From Sedimentisphaerales bacterium (GTDB lineage Bacteria; Planctomycetota; Phycisphaerae; Sedimentisphaerales; SM23-30), in the NCBI GenBank assembly GCA_963666285.1, contig OY762711.1: a DNA stretch of 64,000 bases; one strand, written 5' to 3'. Below are positions 11,004 to 21,149 of the stretch, piece by piece. Position numbers and translations under genes: made by a program. Under the pieces are notes generated by a model. It was not told the origin of the DNA and did no database searches. It saw nothing but the letters and a program-made list of their open reading frames with translations. How positions within the stretch are numbered: the first letter of the stretch is position 1; the number at the start of each line of letters is the position of its first letter.

Positions 11004-11414
11004 ATGGAAAATCCGCTAAGCAAAATAGAAGCATTTGAAAAACTGGGGATGCGAGTCGTTGAGGACGGCCCTGATGCGGTGGTATTGGAGATGCCGCTGG
11101 CTGGTAATACCAACGATAAAGGGACAATGTTTGCCGGCTCGCTGTATTCGCTGATGGTGCTGGCGGGCTGGAAACTGTCGATTAATGTATCTGAGAGCAA
11201 TAATTGCTTTGGCAATGCGGTAATAAGTAAGGCACAGATAAATTATTTACGCCCTGTGCCGGAAGATTGTGTGGCGAAGGCGGTAATGGCGAAAGATTTT
11301 TACCTAAACCTTTATGGCAGCGGATGTTGCGAAGTTTTAGTACAAATTTGCGGGGCCAATGGTGCGGTTTGCGTGGAGCTGGACGCTCATTATCGCGTAG
11401 TAAAGGACAAATAA
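11004..11414 (+). CDS. YiiD C-terminal-like hot-dog fold thioesterase
   Basis: PLAGNTNDKGTMFAGSLYSLMVLAGW and INYLRPV motifs. Confidence 0.8.
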   Translation: MENPLSKIEAFEKLGMRVVEDGPDAVVLEMPLAGNTNDKGTMFAGSLYSLMVLAGWKLSINVSESNNCFGNAVISKAQINYLRPVPEDCVAKAVMAKDFYLNLYGSGCCEVLVQICGANGAVCVELDAHYRVVKDK

Positions 11415-11448
11415 TCCAAGAAGAGTTAATCTTTTTGAGAAATATTGC

Positions 11449-11477
11449 TTGACAATATGATGGCATTATATTACATT
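11449..11477 (+). promoter_or_regulatory. Sigma70-type promoter of tRNA-Val
   Basis: TTGACA-N17-TACATT about 30 bp upstream of the tRNA. Confidence 0.5.
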
Positions 11478-11507
11478 ATTTAGCTCGCAAGTCGAGAAAA
11501 ACGACCC

Positions 11508-11581
11508 GGGCGGTTAGCTCAGTTGGCTAGAGCACCTGCCTTACAAGCAGGGGGTCACAGGTTCAAGTCCTGTACCGCCCA
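11508..11581 (+). tRNA. tRNA-Val(TAC), CCA not encoded
   Basis: Cloverleaf GGGCGGT...ACCGCCCA; anticodon arm CCTGC-CTTACAA-GCAGG; T loop GGTTCAAGTCC. Confidence 0.97.
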
Positions 11582-11584
11582 TTT
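11539..11584 (+). repeat. attL core (46 bp, 3' part of tRNA-Val)
   Basis: CCTTACAAGCAGGGGGTCACAGGTTCAAGTCCTGTACCGCCCATTT, identical to 59033-59078. Confidence 0.95.
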
Positions 11585-11656
11585 CTTTTAATCCCGGTAA
11601 TAGCAAAGAGTTATGATTGACTATTATCGGTTAATAGCACCCTTGTAAGTCTTGTA

Positions 11657-11679
11657 AAAAAGTACACTGTGTACTTTTT
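11657..11679. repeat. Palindrome / candidate integrase arm or accessory binding site (left end)
   Basis: AAAAAGTACAC-T-GTGTACTTTTT; the 16-mer AAAGTACACTGTGTAC recurs at 58898-58913. Confidence 0.6.
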
Positions 11680-11701
11680 GTACTTACAGAAGGCTATAGT
11701 C

Positions 11702-12853
11702 ATGACCAATCAGACCCTCCCCTCTTATTGTCGTAAAAGAAATTCAAATGGAAAATACTATGCTTTTGTCGCTATTAATGGCAATCGAATCAGCCTGGGG
11801 CCAGACGGAACAAAAGCAAAACAGAAGTATGATAGAATAATTGCCGAATGGCTGGCAAATGGCAAACATCTCCATTTTGATGATTCTGCTATTACTATAA
11901 AGAACCTATGCACAAGATATCTTGAATTTGCTTATGAATATTATTCTGGATCTATTGAATACGAGAATTATGAACGGGTGAGCAAAATACTGATAAAGCT
12001 GTACGGCACAACAGAGGCTGATGATTTTGGCCCTAAAAAGCTAAAGGCAGTTCGTGAATGCATGACTAGAAAAGGCTGGCAGCGAAAATCTATCAATAAA
12101 CAAATCCAAAGAACCAGAGCTATTTTCCGATGGGCAGAAGCAAACGAGTTGATAGAGCGGGGAATGTCGGAATATCTGTCAACACTTGCCCCGCTAAAGA
12201 AAGGCAGATGCCCGGGAGTACCTGAAGGTAAAAATGTTAAACCGGCACACATCGAAGACATTGAAGCAATCCAGCCATATGTTAGTCGTCAGGTTTGGGC
12301 TATGATACAATTACAGCTACTTACAGGAGCCAGGCCGGGAGAGATTGTTCTATTGAATCTAGCTGATATTGATCGTTCGGAAATTGTATGGATATTCAGA
12401 CCTGAAAGGCATAAAAATGAATATCGAGATATCGAACGGGAAATCTACATTGGCAAGCAGGCACAAAGTATCATTACAAACTTTCTTTTTGGAAAACATC
12501 CCAGCGATTACATATTCTCCCCTGCCGATGCTAACAGGGAAGCAAAACAAAGAACCGCAGCGGGCAGCCGACGAAAAAACCAAAAAGCTAACCTAAAATC
12601 AACTGACCGAACTATAGGCAGTCACTATACAACTCACTCATATAGAAGAGCAATTAAACGCGGTTGTGAAAAAGCCGGTGTTGAAAGCTGGAGTCCAAAT
12701 CAACTTCGTCACAATGCGGCAACAATTATTCGTAAAGAATATGGACTGGAAGCCGCTCAAATTATACTTGGGCACACTAGAGCAGATGTAACCCAAATAT
12801 ATGCTGAAAGAGATAGAGAAAAGGCCGTTCAGATTGCTGCGAAAATTGGCTAA
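11702..12853 (+). CDS. Tyrosine integrase (Int1)
   Basis: GARPGE, WSPNQLRH, ILGH, TQIY catalytic motifs; adjacent to attL. Confidence 0.95.
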   Translation: MTNQTLPSYCRKRNSNGKYYAFVAINGNRISLGPDGTKAKQKYDRIIAEWLANGKHLHFDDSAITIKNLCTRYLEFAYEYYSGSIEYENYERVSKILIKLYGTTEADDFGPKKLKAVRECMTRKGWQRKSINKQIQRTRAIFRWAEANELIERGMSEYLSTLAPLKKGRCPGVPEGKNVKPAHIEDIEAIQPYVSRQVWAMIQLQLLTGARPGEIVLLNLADIDRSEIVWIFRPERHKNEYRDIEREIYIGKQAQSIITNFLFGKHPSDYIFSPADANREAKQRTAAGSRRKNQKANLKSTDRTIGSHYTTHSYRRAIKRGCEKAGVESWSPNQLRHNAATIIRKEYGLEAAQIILGHTRADVTQIYAERDREKAVQIAAKIG

Positions 12854-13007
12854 CAGATACTTATAAAAAAGTCAAGAATAGTTCCGGCATCAGTTCCGCA
12901 GAAAATATGCCGAGATATGCCAAAGACACCCTGAACTTTAACAGGTCATTAATGCTTGGCCTGATTTGTCTATGAATGTCAAAAACGATATATTAGTTTT
13001 TGTCAAT

Positions 13008-13225
13008 TTATAATATGCCGATTAGATACTTGCTAACGCCTTCAACTAATACTCTATGCCTGAACTGAGTCCATTGTTCCATATCTGTGTACACATCTTA
13101 ACTACCTCCGTATCAATTAGTTATCTTTTTTTGACCGATAACTAAATCTACGTCGGCATTTTTATAAGAACGCTACACTTTTACTCCGCCACTGCAGGCG
13201 CCACACTTTTGCCCCGGCGTTTACA
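13008..13225 (-). mobile_element. IS21-family left-end remnant with truncated istA
   Basis: - strand TGTAAACGCCGGGGCAAAAGTGTGGCG...GGCGGAGTAAAAGTGTAGCG (TG end with reiterated subterminal repeat), then GGAGG + GTG at 13094 encoding MYTDMEQWTQFRHRVLVEGVSK. Confidence 0.7.
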
Positions 13226-13480
13226 AGCATTTTCACTACCTCCTTCTACGTGACCCTTCTTAAGCTGTTTCCTGGGGACTTTTTAGCCCCTCTTGACACC
13301 ACAAACGATATACTCACTTGAAATTAACCAGCCAGACGCTTGCGTTACCTGCCTGTGAGATACTCAATTACCTTTTGATGTTCATTAGTTCATAGCAACT
13401 AGAAATCACTCCCAATTTATAATTAACACACCAAATAGACTTTCGGGTGATTGTAGAATTTGTATCACTTAATGGCATAA

Positions 13481-13551
13481 ATGTAGGCAAATTTGCTTAC
13501 ATCTAAAATAGAGCGTAGTCTGACATACAAATAAATGTCTGTGGCTATAAT
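13481..13551 (+). promoter_or_regulatory. Promoter with near-palindromic operator upstream of radical SAM gene
   Basis: ATGTAGGCAAA/TTTGCTTACAT, then N16-GTCTGACATACA-N16-TATAAT; same spacing as motifs at 20825 and 48242. Confidence 0.5.
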
Positions 13552-13717
13552 TAGTTAATGCTGGTTACTACTGCAAGATATCTCAATTAAAATAACAATA
13601 TAATCTAATGAGTGTAGATTTTAAAGATCATTAGAGCTGAATTATGGGAAAAAGGATTTATAAAAGTAACAATGTGGTAAATATTTTACTTTATTTAAGA
13701 GAAGAGATGAATGGAAA

Positions 13718-15199
13718 ATGAAAATTCTACTAATCAATCCGGAAGTCCCTGACACATTCTGGAGCCTTAAGAATGCCTTGGAGTTTGTTTCCAAGAAAGC
13801 CCTTCTTCCGCCTTTGGGACTACTAACAGTAGCGTCAATGCTGCCAGAATCGTGGGAAAGGAAGCTCATCGATATGAATACTACCCGCTTACTGGATTGT
13901 CACCTTAAATGGGCGGACATGGTCTTTCTGACGGGAATGGCCATCCAGAAAAAATCCGTCGACCAGGTTATTGAGCGATGTAAAAAACTGAACTTAAAAA
14001 TTGTCGCTGGTGGCCCGCTCTTTACTGCGTTTCCGGAGGGGTATTTAAATATTGACCATCTTGTCCTTAAAGAAGCGGAAATCACGCTGTCTGCTTTTTT
14101 GAAAGATTTGGGAACAGGACACCCTGAACGCTATTATACTACGCGTCAAAGACCAGACTTGAAAGGGACGCCCATCCCTCAGTGGAATCTGATTAATATG
14201 AAAAAATATGCTATCATGGGCATTCAGTATTCCCGAGGATGCCCGTTCGATTGTGATTTTTGTGATGTAACAAGGCTTTTCGGACATGAGCTTCGAACCA
14301 AAACAACAGAGCAGATTCTCGCAGAGCTTGACAGTTTGTACGATGCCGGATGGCGGGGAGAATTATTTTTTGTTGATGATAATTTCATAGGCAAAAAGAC
14401 CATCTTGAAAAAAGAGCTACTTCCGGCGATGATTCAGTGGATGGAATCGAAAAATTATCCATTCTGTTTTAATACCCAAGCCTCCATGAATCTTGCAGAT
14501 GATGAAGAACTAATGAACTTGATGGTTCAAGCAGGGTTTGATTGTGTTTTCGTTGGTATCGAATCGCCGGACGAGATAAGCTTGACCGAGTGTAACAAAT
14601 CTCAAAATACCGGTCGCGACCTTGTAGCTGCAATCAAAAAGATCCAACAGTTCGGTTTACAGGTTCAGGCCGGTTTCATAGTCGGATTTGACAGTGACAC
14701 CCCGGGCGTATTTGACAGAATGATAAATCTGATTCAGAAAAGTGGAATAGTAATGGCCATGGTGGGGTTACTCAACGCGCCGCGTGGAACCAAGCTCTAC
14801 AAGCAGATGATGACTCAAAATCGGCTAACAACCCCACCGACAGGAGACAACATGGATTGTACCATGAATTTTATTCCGCAGATGGAGATAAATGAACTTC
14901 TGGGCGGGTATCAGAAAGTACTCAATACGATCTATTCGCAAAAAAACTATTACGGACGGATTCGAACATTTCTTGAAAATTATAATTTCAACGACACGAT
15001 GCCACTCAAAATTCGGTGTTCAGGTGTTATAGCATTTTTAAGGTCAATGTGGCGTATCGGTTTGATCGAAAAAGGAAAGATTCATTATTGGAAACTGATA
15101 CTCTGGTCGCTCAAAAAACCTCAAAGACTGCCATTAGCTGTGCGTTATTCAATCTATGGTTTTCACTTTCGTAAGATGTTAAAAAAGCTTTATCCTTAA
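13718..15199 (+). CDS. B12-binding radical SAM protein (DUF4070 type), copy 1
   Basis: PPLGLLTVA, SRGCPFDCDFC (CxxxCxxC), VDDNFIG, GFIVGFDSD. Confidence 0.9.
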   Translation: MKILLINPEVPDTFWSLKNALEFVSKKALLPPLGLLTVASMLPESWERKLIDMNTTRLLDCHLKWADMVFLTGMAIQKKSVDQVIERCKKLNLKIVAGGPLFTAFPEGYLNIDHLVLKEAEITLSAFLKDLGTGHPERYYTTRQRPDLKGTPIPQWNLINMKKYAIMGIQYSRGCPFDCDFCDVTRLFGHELRTKTTEQILAELDSLYDAGWRGELFFVDDNFIGKKTILKKELLPAMIQWMESKNYPFCFNTQASMNLADDEELMNLMVQAGFDCVFVGIESPDEISLTECNKSQNTGRDLVAAIKKIQQFGLQVQAGFIVGFDSDTPGVFDRMINLIQKSGIVMAMVGLLNAPRGTKLYKQMMTQNRLTTPPTGDNMDCTMNFIPQMEINELLGGYQKVLNTIYSQKNYYGRIRTFLENYNFNDTMPLKIRCSGVIAFLRSMWRIGLIEKGKIHYWKLILWSLKKPQRLPLAVRYSIYGFHFRKMLKKLYP

Positions 15200-15457
15200 T
15201 CTAATAAATTACGCTGTTTACAAGCATTCAACTAAGATTTGAAATAGAATATACAACAGAAAGATACCTTAAAACACAATCTAAAAGTGTAGTAACTGTA
15301 TTGTTTATATTAAATTTCCAGCGAGCAGTATACGGTACTCTCTGGATAATACACAATAAAATGAATTCAGAAGTTGTAATCCTAACCATGCCCAACAAGC
15401 TTCCGCTTGTCAGGCTAGCTGGTTTTTCTCTATGTCAACATCCATGCTATTCATGGT

Positions 15458-16069
15458 CTATCTTTTCCTGTGTAACAGTCCCACTGCACCCAAAGCCAGT
15501 ATACTCATAGTTGCCGGTTCAGGTACGCATACTTCTCCTGCCCAGATATCTGTCACATTGGTCATGCCGGAGACGGTAAAAGTCAGACGTACAAAGTCAG
15601 GCTGAGGACGTATTTCACCTTGCAGAAGATATGACCAGACGCCGTTGCCATCTATTGACCAGGACTCTGAACCAGTGAATATCCCTTCAGCTGTATCCAG
15701 AACCGATTCAACATTGTCTACCGTACTGACTGTATTGCCGGTAATATAAACAAAAACTTTTTTGTACAGATCGGAGCGACTAACATTGTCCAAATCCAAT
15801 GAAATGGTTTCATTCTGGATACCTATAACTCCTACAAAATCAGTGTTTTCTAAAAAGTTAGAAGCCCAGTGGCTGGCATCATCTGGCGGAGAAATCTGTG
15901 AACTGCCGCCGATAATATCCGATGACCACCATCCAAAAGCATAGTTTTCATCTACCTCTGAGTTCCACCAGATCGGTGATTCAGGAGGTGCGGTTACCAA
16001 AGCAGCATTGGCAAAACTCGCTATTGTGAATATCAAAATCACAACTGCAGAAAATAATTGTTTCATCAT
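15458..16069 (-). CDS. PEP-CTERM sorting domain protein
   Basis: Signal peptide; C-terminal VPEPATMSILALGAVGLLHRKR. Confidence 0.9.
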   Translation of the reverse strand: MMKQLFSAVVILIFTIASFANAALVTAPPESPIWWNSEVDENYAFGWWSSDIIGGSSQISPPDDASHWASNFLENTDFVGVIGIQNETISLDLDNVSRSDLYKKVFVYITGNTVSTVDNVESVLDTAEGIFTGSESWSIDGNGVWSYLLQGEIRPQPDFVRLTFTVSGMTNVTDIWAGEVCVPEPATMSILALGAVGLLHRKR

Positions 16070-16113
16070 GTGTTAACCTTTCTAATTTGAATATTAAAAT
16101 AATCTGTGTCATT

Positions 16114-17539
16114 GTAAACATTCGCACTTTTAATAGTATAATTAAGCCGCAGTAGCCAGAGCATCCAGCAGAAACGTATATTTTTTATCATGAACGGCCG
16201 AATTACCGAACATATATTTAATTCTTTCGCTCCAAAGCTCTCTGCGGAGGTCAGCGATAGCATCGGCAAAGCTTGGTGTCTTTTTGTGCTGATACCAGGG
16301 CTGGACAAAGAAGTATTGTTCATTGGGTTTCTTGGTCAGATACCTCAGCCAGACCATAGAGTACAGCCAGAGTCCAAAACCTGCGGCTCTTTCTGGTCCT
16401 TTGCCTTTATATGTCTGCGGATGCTGAGCACCGAGCAACTGTTTGGTGTTCTTGAATGTATCTTCAATAGCCCAGCGGTCGGCATAACAGGCCAAAACGT
16501 CCTCAGCAGTCATAGCAATATCTGTAGTAAAGAAAAAGTCATCTTTTTCCTTACCTTCAGGATCTCGACTGACAACGACAAGGATTGGTTTGCGAGTTAC
16601 CTTATACCAGAGAGCTACACGGGTATATACCAACCTCTCAATAATCGTACCTCTCTGGCAAAATTCAACCATTCTCCAGTTTTTGACATGGGCAGCCATT
16701 TTTTTCAGTTTGGCCAGTTTTTGACCTCTGCAGCGAGGTCTGCCACGCTTTTTCTCTTCAACTTTAGGTGGCAGCTCAAACAGGTCGGCATTACGTCTGA
16801 TTCGGGAGATAATGGTAATATTCTCAAGGTTCTTTCCGGCCAGAGTTGCGTAAAAACCGTCTGCAACAAGCCTTATCTGCCTGTTTGGAAGCCATTGGCA
16901 TATTTCATTTATAATTTGTACCGCCAGTTCAATCAAGGATTCTTCTCCTTTGCGATGCAATCTCATATTGACCGGCAGTGCCAGAGGTTCTCCACCCCAG
17001 GGCGGTTGGATTTGCAGGCATGTCACTACCAGATTCAATCCCCAGGCATAAACAACCTTCTTGTTTGTAGAACGAACGGCATCTCTCCAGAATCCGGCTC
17101 CGTTGACTTTTGGACCGCTGTGATGGAACAGAGTGTCGTCCATAGACAGAGTTATTATTCCTTTTGGGTAGAATCTTTGCACCAGGACCAAAGTAAGCAT
17201 TTTCCACATCTGACTCAGAGACCAGCGGCAATCTGGAAAGAAACGGTGGTAAGCATCGTGAGCTCTCTTGCCCAGCGGGTCTGCAAAGGGAATTATGCCT
17301 GTTATCGTACGACGAGTAGTGCACAATATCCAGCCAGTTACTATCCGGCAGAAGATTTGAGCTCCAGGTTCTGTAAATATTGGAAAAAATTGTTGAATAA
17401 ATTGCGTCCATGTCGAATAATATTCATAGTACATATCGGCCTCCGTGTCCTATATTTGTTGACATTAAAGACATCGGATCGCCGATATTTTTTTGTTCAT
17501 ATTTTCAAAATTTAACCCTCAAAATGTGCGAAAGTTTAC
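16114..17539 (-). mobile_element. Complete insertion sequence (IS701-like DDE transposase), 1426 bp
   Basis: Terminal IRs GTAAAC(A/T)TTCGCAC; 5-bp target duplication TCATT at 16109-16113 and 17540-17544. Confidence 0.85.
16142..17434 (-). CDS. DDE transposase (IS701/IS4 superfamily)
   Basis: SMDDT, VADGFY, YADRWAIEDTFKNTK (YREK-like) motifs. Confidence 0.9.
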   Translation of the reverse strand: MYYEYYSTWTQFIQQFFPIFTEPGAQIFCRIVTGWILCTTRRTITGIIPFADPLGKRAHDAYHRFFPDCRWSLSQMWKMLTLVLVQRFYPKGIITLSMDDTLFHHSGPKVNGAGFWRDAVRSTNKKVVYAWGLNLVVTCLQIQPPWGGEPLALPVNMRLHRKGEESLIELAVQIINEICQWLPNRQIRLVADGFYATLAGKNLENITIISRIRRNADLFELPPKVEEKKRGRPRCRGQKLAKLKKMAAHVKNWRMVEFCQRGTIIERLVYTRVALWYKVTRKPILVVVSRDPEGKEKDDFFFTTDIAMTAEDVLACYADRWAIEDTFKNTKQLLGAQHPQTYKGKGPERAAGFGLWLYSMVWLRYLTKKPNEQYFFVQPWYQHKKTPSFADAIADLRRELWSERIKYMFGNSAVHDKKYTFLLDALATAA

Positions 17540-18106
17540 TCATTCATGACACGAAAAAAGACTTTGAACATAAAAAAGTTAAAAGAAATAGAATTACAGA
17601 AAGTAACCTTAGATCAGAACAGACTTTATATTTGTCTGAAACCAATCATCATTTCTTATAACGTTCTCAACTAAATCTATCATATCCGAAAGGTTAAATA
17701 AGTAAATCATCCCAGAAGCTCTTTCATCTGTAAAATACAGCTCTTAAACGCCTGTGGTCACAATCACCTACAGAATCCGGCTTGACAGGAAAATCCCATA
17801 TTATAAAAATAACTAAAACATAATAATTTGCTTTGTCATGGTATTTGCCCATCTTTAAGCATATAATATACATATGTCGCTTCTACAGACAATTCTGACT
17901 TAAAGTATAGATACAATTGGAAATCATCAAAAGAGTGGCAGTTTTCTGAAGTTAGAAGTTAGTAACGACTGGTTGTATTTACCCCTTAGGCCACTGAGAG
18001 AAAGACAGGCCTGACACTGAAAACGAAACAAAACAAATCAACAAATACAACAGAAGATAATATTGGGCAGGTTTACAATTCCGACGAAGGGAATTATCGC
18101 GAACTG

Positions 18107-19459
18107 GTGGAAAATGCCAACTGCATTATTATGCGAATTGACACCAAAGGCCGAATCAAGTATTTCAATGAATATGCCCAAAAAATCTTCGGTTACAGTC
18201 TGAAAGAAATTATCGGCAAAAATGTTGCGGGAAAAGTCATCCCAAAAGTTGACAGGTCCGGCCACCCGTTTTCTGAAGTGGTTAAAGCTATTCACCTTAA
18301 TCCAAAACGTTATCAGAATTTTGAAAACGAGACCATCAATAAAACAGGTCAATTCTTCTGGATATCTTGGGCGAATAAAGCTATTCTGGACCGGTATGGC
18401 AATGTAAAGGAAATACTATGTGTCGGTCATGACATCACACATCGTAAATATATGGAAAATCAGTTAGAACTGCTGGCTACTGTTGTACGCAACTCCAATG
18501 ATGCTATTATCGTTCTCGATATAAAAGGCAATATCATCTCCTGGAATCAAGGTGCTGAGCAAATCTATGGTTATAGCCAGGCCGATGCAATTGGTATGAA
18601 TATTAAACGACTTGTGCCGGAATATAAACAAGATGAAATACGATTATTGATAGAAAGATCGCTCAATGGCGAAGTGATCAAGTTATTTGAGACCCAACGA
18701 ATCACAAGCACCAACCAAATACTAGATATTTCCCTGACCGCCACATTAATCAAGGATGAGCATGGGCTGCCATTTGCTATCACTATCACCGAACGAGACA
18801 TCACCGAGCGTCGACGTATGGAAAAAGAGATTCTGGATATCACCGAAAGAGAAAGAGAACAACTTAGCCAGGATATACATGATGGCATGGGACAAGCATT
18901 AACCGGTATAGCAGTCAAGTGTAAAGGCCTCGCCTTGAAGCTCAAGCATCAGGCCCCGTCGGAAATGAAAGATGCTTTGATCATAACGAGACTGGCTAAT
19001 GAAGCCATAGCCCACACCCGCGACCTGGCCAGACTGCTCTATCCAATTGATATTCAAACCGGCGGGCTGGTATCGGCTTTAAGCTCGCTGGCAGCCGACA
19101 CAAAAAGAGTAATGGGGGTAATGTGCAAATTCAGTTGCAGTAAAAATGCCTCAGTGAATAACATGAAAGAAGCCAAGCAAATATATCGTATTGCTCAGGA
19201 AGCAACAACAAATGCAGTCCGACACGGCAAGGCTGCTCATATCAATATATCACTACGAATAACAAAAACGCATGCAATACTTTCAATAATAAACGATGGT
19301 TTGGATTTTCCCGTGCTCGAATCAAAAAATAAAGGGTTTGGCCTGAAAATCATGGAGTATCGCTCTGACTTGATTGGCGGGACCCTAGATATAAGCAAGG
19401 GTAAAAAAGGCGGTACTGTGGTAACCTGTATTATTCCAAGAGAAAGGCAGGTAAATTAA
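18107..19459 (+). CDS. Cytoplasmic double-PAS histidine kinase (HisKA_3 type); true start may be up to ~100 bp upstream
   Basis: Two PAS/PAC domains, IHDGMGQAL H-box, RIAQEATTNAVRHG, GFGL; frame is open back to 17990. Confidence 0.9.
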   Translation: MENANCIIMRIDTKGRIKYFNEYAQKIFGYSLKEIIGKNVAGKVIPKVDRSGHPFSEVVKAIHLNPKRYQNFENETINKTGQFFWISWANKAILDRYGNVKEILCVGHDITHRKYMENQLELLATVVRNSNDAIIVLDIKGNIISWNQGAEQIYGYSQADAIGMNIKRLVPEYKQDEIRLLIERSLNGEVIKLFETQRITSTNQILDISLTATLIKDEHGLPFAITITERDITERRRMEKEILDITEREREQLSQDIHDGMGQALTGIAVKCKGLALKLKHQAPSEMKDALIITRLANEAIAHTRDLARLLYPIDIQTGGLVSALSSLAADTKRVMGVMCKFSCSKNASVNNMKEAKQIYRIAQEATTNAVRHGKAAHINISLRITKTHAILSIINDGLDFPVLESKNKGFGLKIMEYRSDLIGGTLDISKGKKGGTVVTCIIPRERQVN

Positions 19460-19463
19460 TCTG

Positions 19464-20162
19464 ATGACACCAGCAAAAATAAATCCATCAAGTACAATCA
19501 ACAACAAGAAAACCATGCAGATATTCATTGTTGATGACCATCCGGTTGTCCGTGACGGTCTGTCTACAATTATTAACCACGAAAAGGATATGAACGTCTG
19601 CGGCGAGGCAGAAAGTGAATACCAGGCAATTAAAGATATTTCTCGTCTTATGCCAGACATCGCAGTGATTGATATTTCACTCAAAGACTCAAACGGTATT
19701 GACCTAACTAAAAACATCAAAATCAATTATCCTAAAATAGAGATTATCGTCTTTTCTGTACATGATGAATCAGTATATGCTGAACGTGCCCTGATCGCAG
19801 GTGCCAAGGCATATCTAATGAAAGATACTATCTCAGAAAATATTATTACAGCTATTCGCTCTGTCGCAAAAGACAATATATATATCAGTACAGCTATGTC
19901 CAGAAAACTGTTGCATCGCTTCACCGGTGAAAAAACTGCAATAAAAGGATTGTCCATCGAAAATCTCAGCGATCGAGAACTTGAGGTATTCCGTCTTACA
20001 GGCCAGGGATTCAAAGCTGGTGAAATTGGCAAACAACTATTTCTGAGCGTTAAAACCATCGAAACTTATCGTGCCAGAATAAAAGAAAAACTAAACCTCC
20101 CAAACGCCTCGGCGCTCCTGCAATATTCGATTAAATGGGCAAAAATGGAAAAGGATTCATAA
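19464..20162 (+). CDS. NarL/LuxR-family response regulator
   Basis: VDDHPVVR receiver domain; LSDRELEVF...LSVKTIETYR HTH. Confidence 0.93.
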   Translation: MTPAKINPSSTINNKKTMQIFIVDDHPVVRDGLSTIINHEKDMNVCGEAESEYQAIKDISRLMPDIAVIDISLKDSNGIDLTKNIKINYPKIEIIVFSVHDESVYAERALIAGAKAYLMKDTISENIITAIRSVAKDNIYISTAMSRKLLHRFTGEKTAIKGLSIENLSDRELEVFRLTGQGFKAGEIGKQLFLSVKTIETYRARIKEKLNLPNASALLQYSIKWAKMEKDS

Positions 20163-20455
20163 AGGATAAATCCAAGATTTGTATCAATTGTTAATTCCGT
20201 GATAGCTTTTTTCTATTTTCGATATCAATTAAAGTCAAATTACTTTATAATAAAACAACCCGGGAGCTATAAATTCAAACCCCTGGGTCATTTTAACCGG
20301 CCCCTCCATATGCCGGTGCATCAATGACAGTCCATTCTCTCCTTAAAAATTACCTGCAGCCTTAATCTCCTTTTGAAACCCATATAACCTGCAAATAAAC
20401 TCATATTAGCTGAACTATCTCTTAATGTCTAACACTCATCCAATTCTTCTTTTGA

Positions 20456-20671
20456 TCATTGTTTTCGATTATTAACTTCATCTTCAGCTTGAAACCAGTT
20501 TGTTTCGGACCGACCTTGAATATAATCACTTAATCTATAGATTTCATAAGCTCTTTCGGCAATTCGGCGGTGTCTTGCCACACACCCATCCTTTTCATTC
20601 CCAGATGTATCAACTTCGCTAGCAAAATGAGCTTTTGGATTATACTTTCTTTTTAATAGTGTTTTTTTCAT
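20456..20671 (-). CDS. DUF2934-like small protein
   Basis: RIAERAYEIY...GRSETNWFQAEDEV. Confidence 0.75.
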   Translation of the reverse strand: MKKTLLKRKYNPKAHFASEVDTSGNEKDGCVARHRRIAERAYEIYRLSDYIQGRSETNWFQAEDEVNNRKQ

Positions 20672-20824
20672 TTGAATTTCACCCCCTTGATATTAGAGAA
20701 CAATATTATATTTCCATTTGACAACTATTTAAATCAATTGGTTTATATATAAAAGTAATTGGCTACACTCCGATTTTATTAACCTTATTTTTCAAATATC
20801 ATTTATACCATTTAGCCAAACTAG

Positions 20825-20882
20825 TGTAAATCAGAGCGAACACCTTGTTTGTTGTAGGTGTCAAAAACTATACCTTTGTCAG
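20825..20882 (-). promoter_or_regulatory. Conserved island promoter motif upstream of the DUF2934 gene
   Basis: + strand TGTAAATCAGAG-N16-TGTAGGT-N19-TCAG, same phasing as 48242-48299. Confidence 0.55.
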
Positions 20883-20911
20883 AAAAAACCACTACAGAGA
20901 AAGGAATTAGT

Positions 20912-20949
20912 TAATTAGACAGCTTATGCAAGAATAAGCTGTCTAATTA
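20912..20949. repeat. Perfect 16-bp inverted repeat in a divergent intergenic region
   Basis: TAATTAGACAGCTTAT-GCAAGA-ATAAGCTGTCTAATTA. Confidence 0.8.
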
Positions 20950-21149
20950 TATCAAATACCATTACAATTGATATATAATGTTTTTTACTATAACATTGTT
21001 TGTTTAGAGGACATTAAACATCATATTTAATAATGCGAGTTATTTGGCTAACACCTTCGCAAAAAATAGTCAGATTATGATAGTTCGGCTATTATTTGGG
21101 CCAATAAGTAAATTAACAAATGTATTGGTTGCCAGAAATGAGGTTCATA

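Noticed and set aside
13219..15228. 13-bp repeat GTTTACAAGCATT flanking the first radical SAM gene
   Set aside because: Several 13-bp matches are expected by chance in 64 kb, and the second copy lacks the IS21 subterminal repeats.
16190..17515. 441-aa + strand ORF antisense to the transposase
   Set aside because: No recognisable motifs; it lies antisense to a clear DDE transposase over nearly its whole length and is most likely a shadow ORF.
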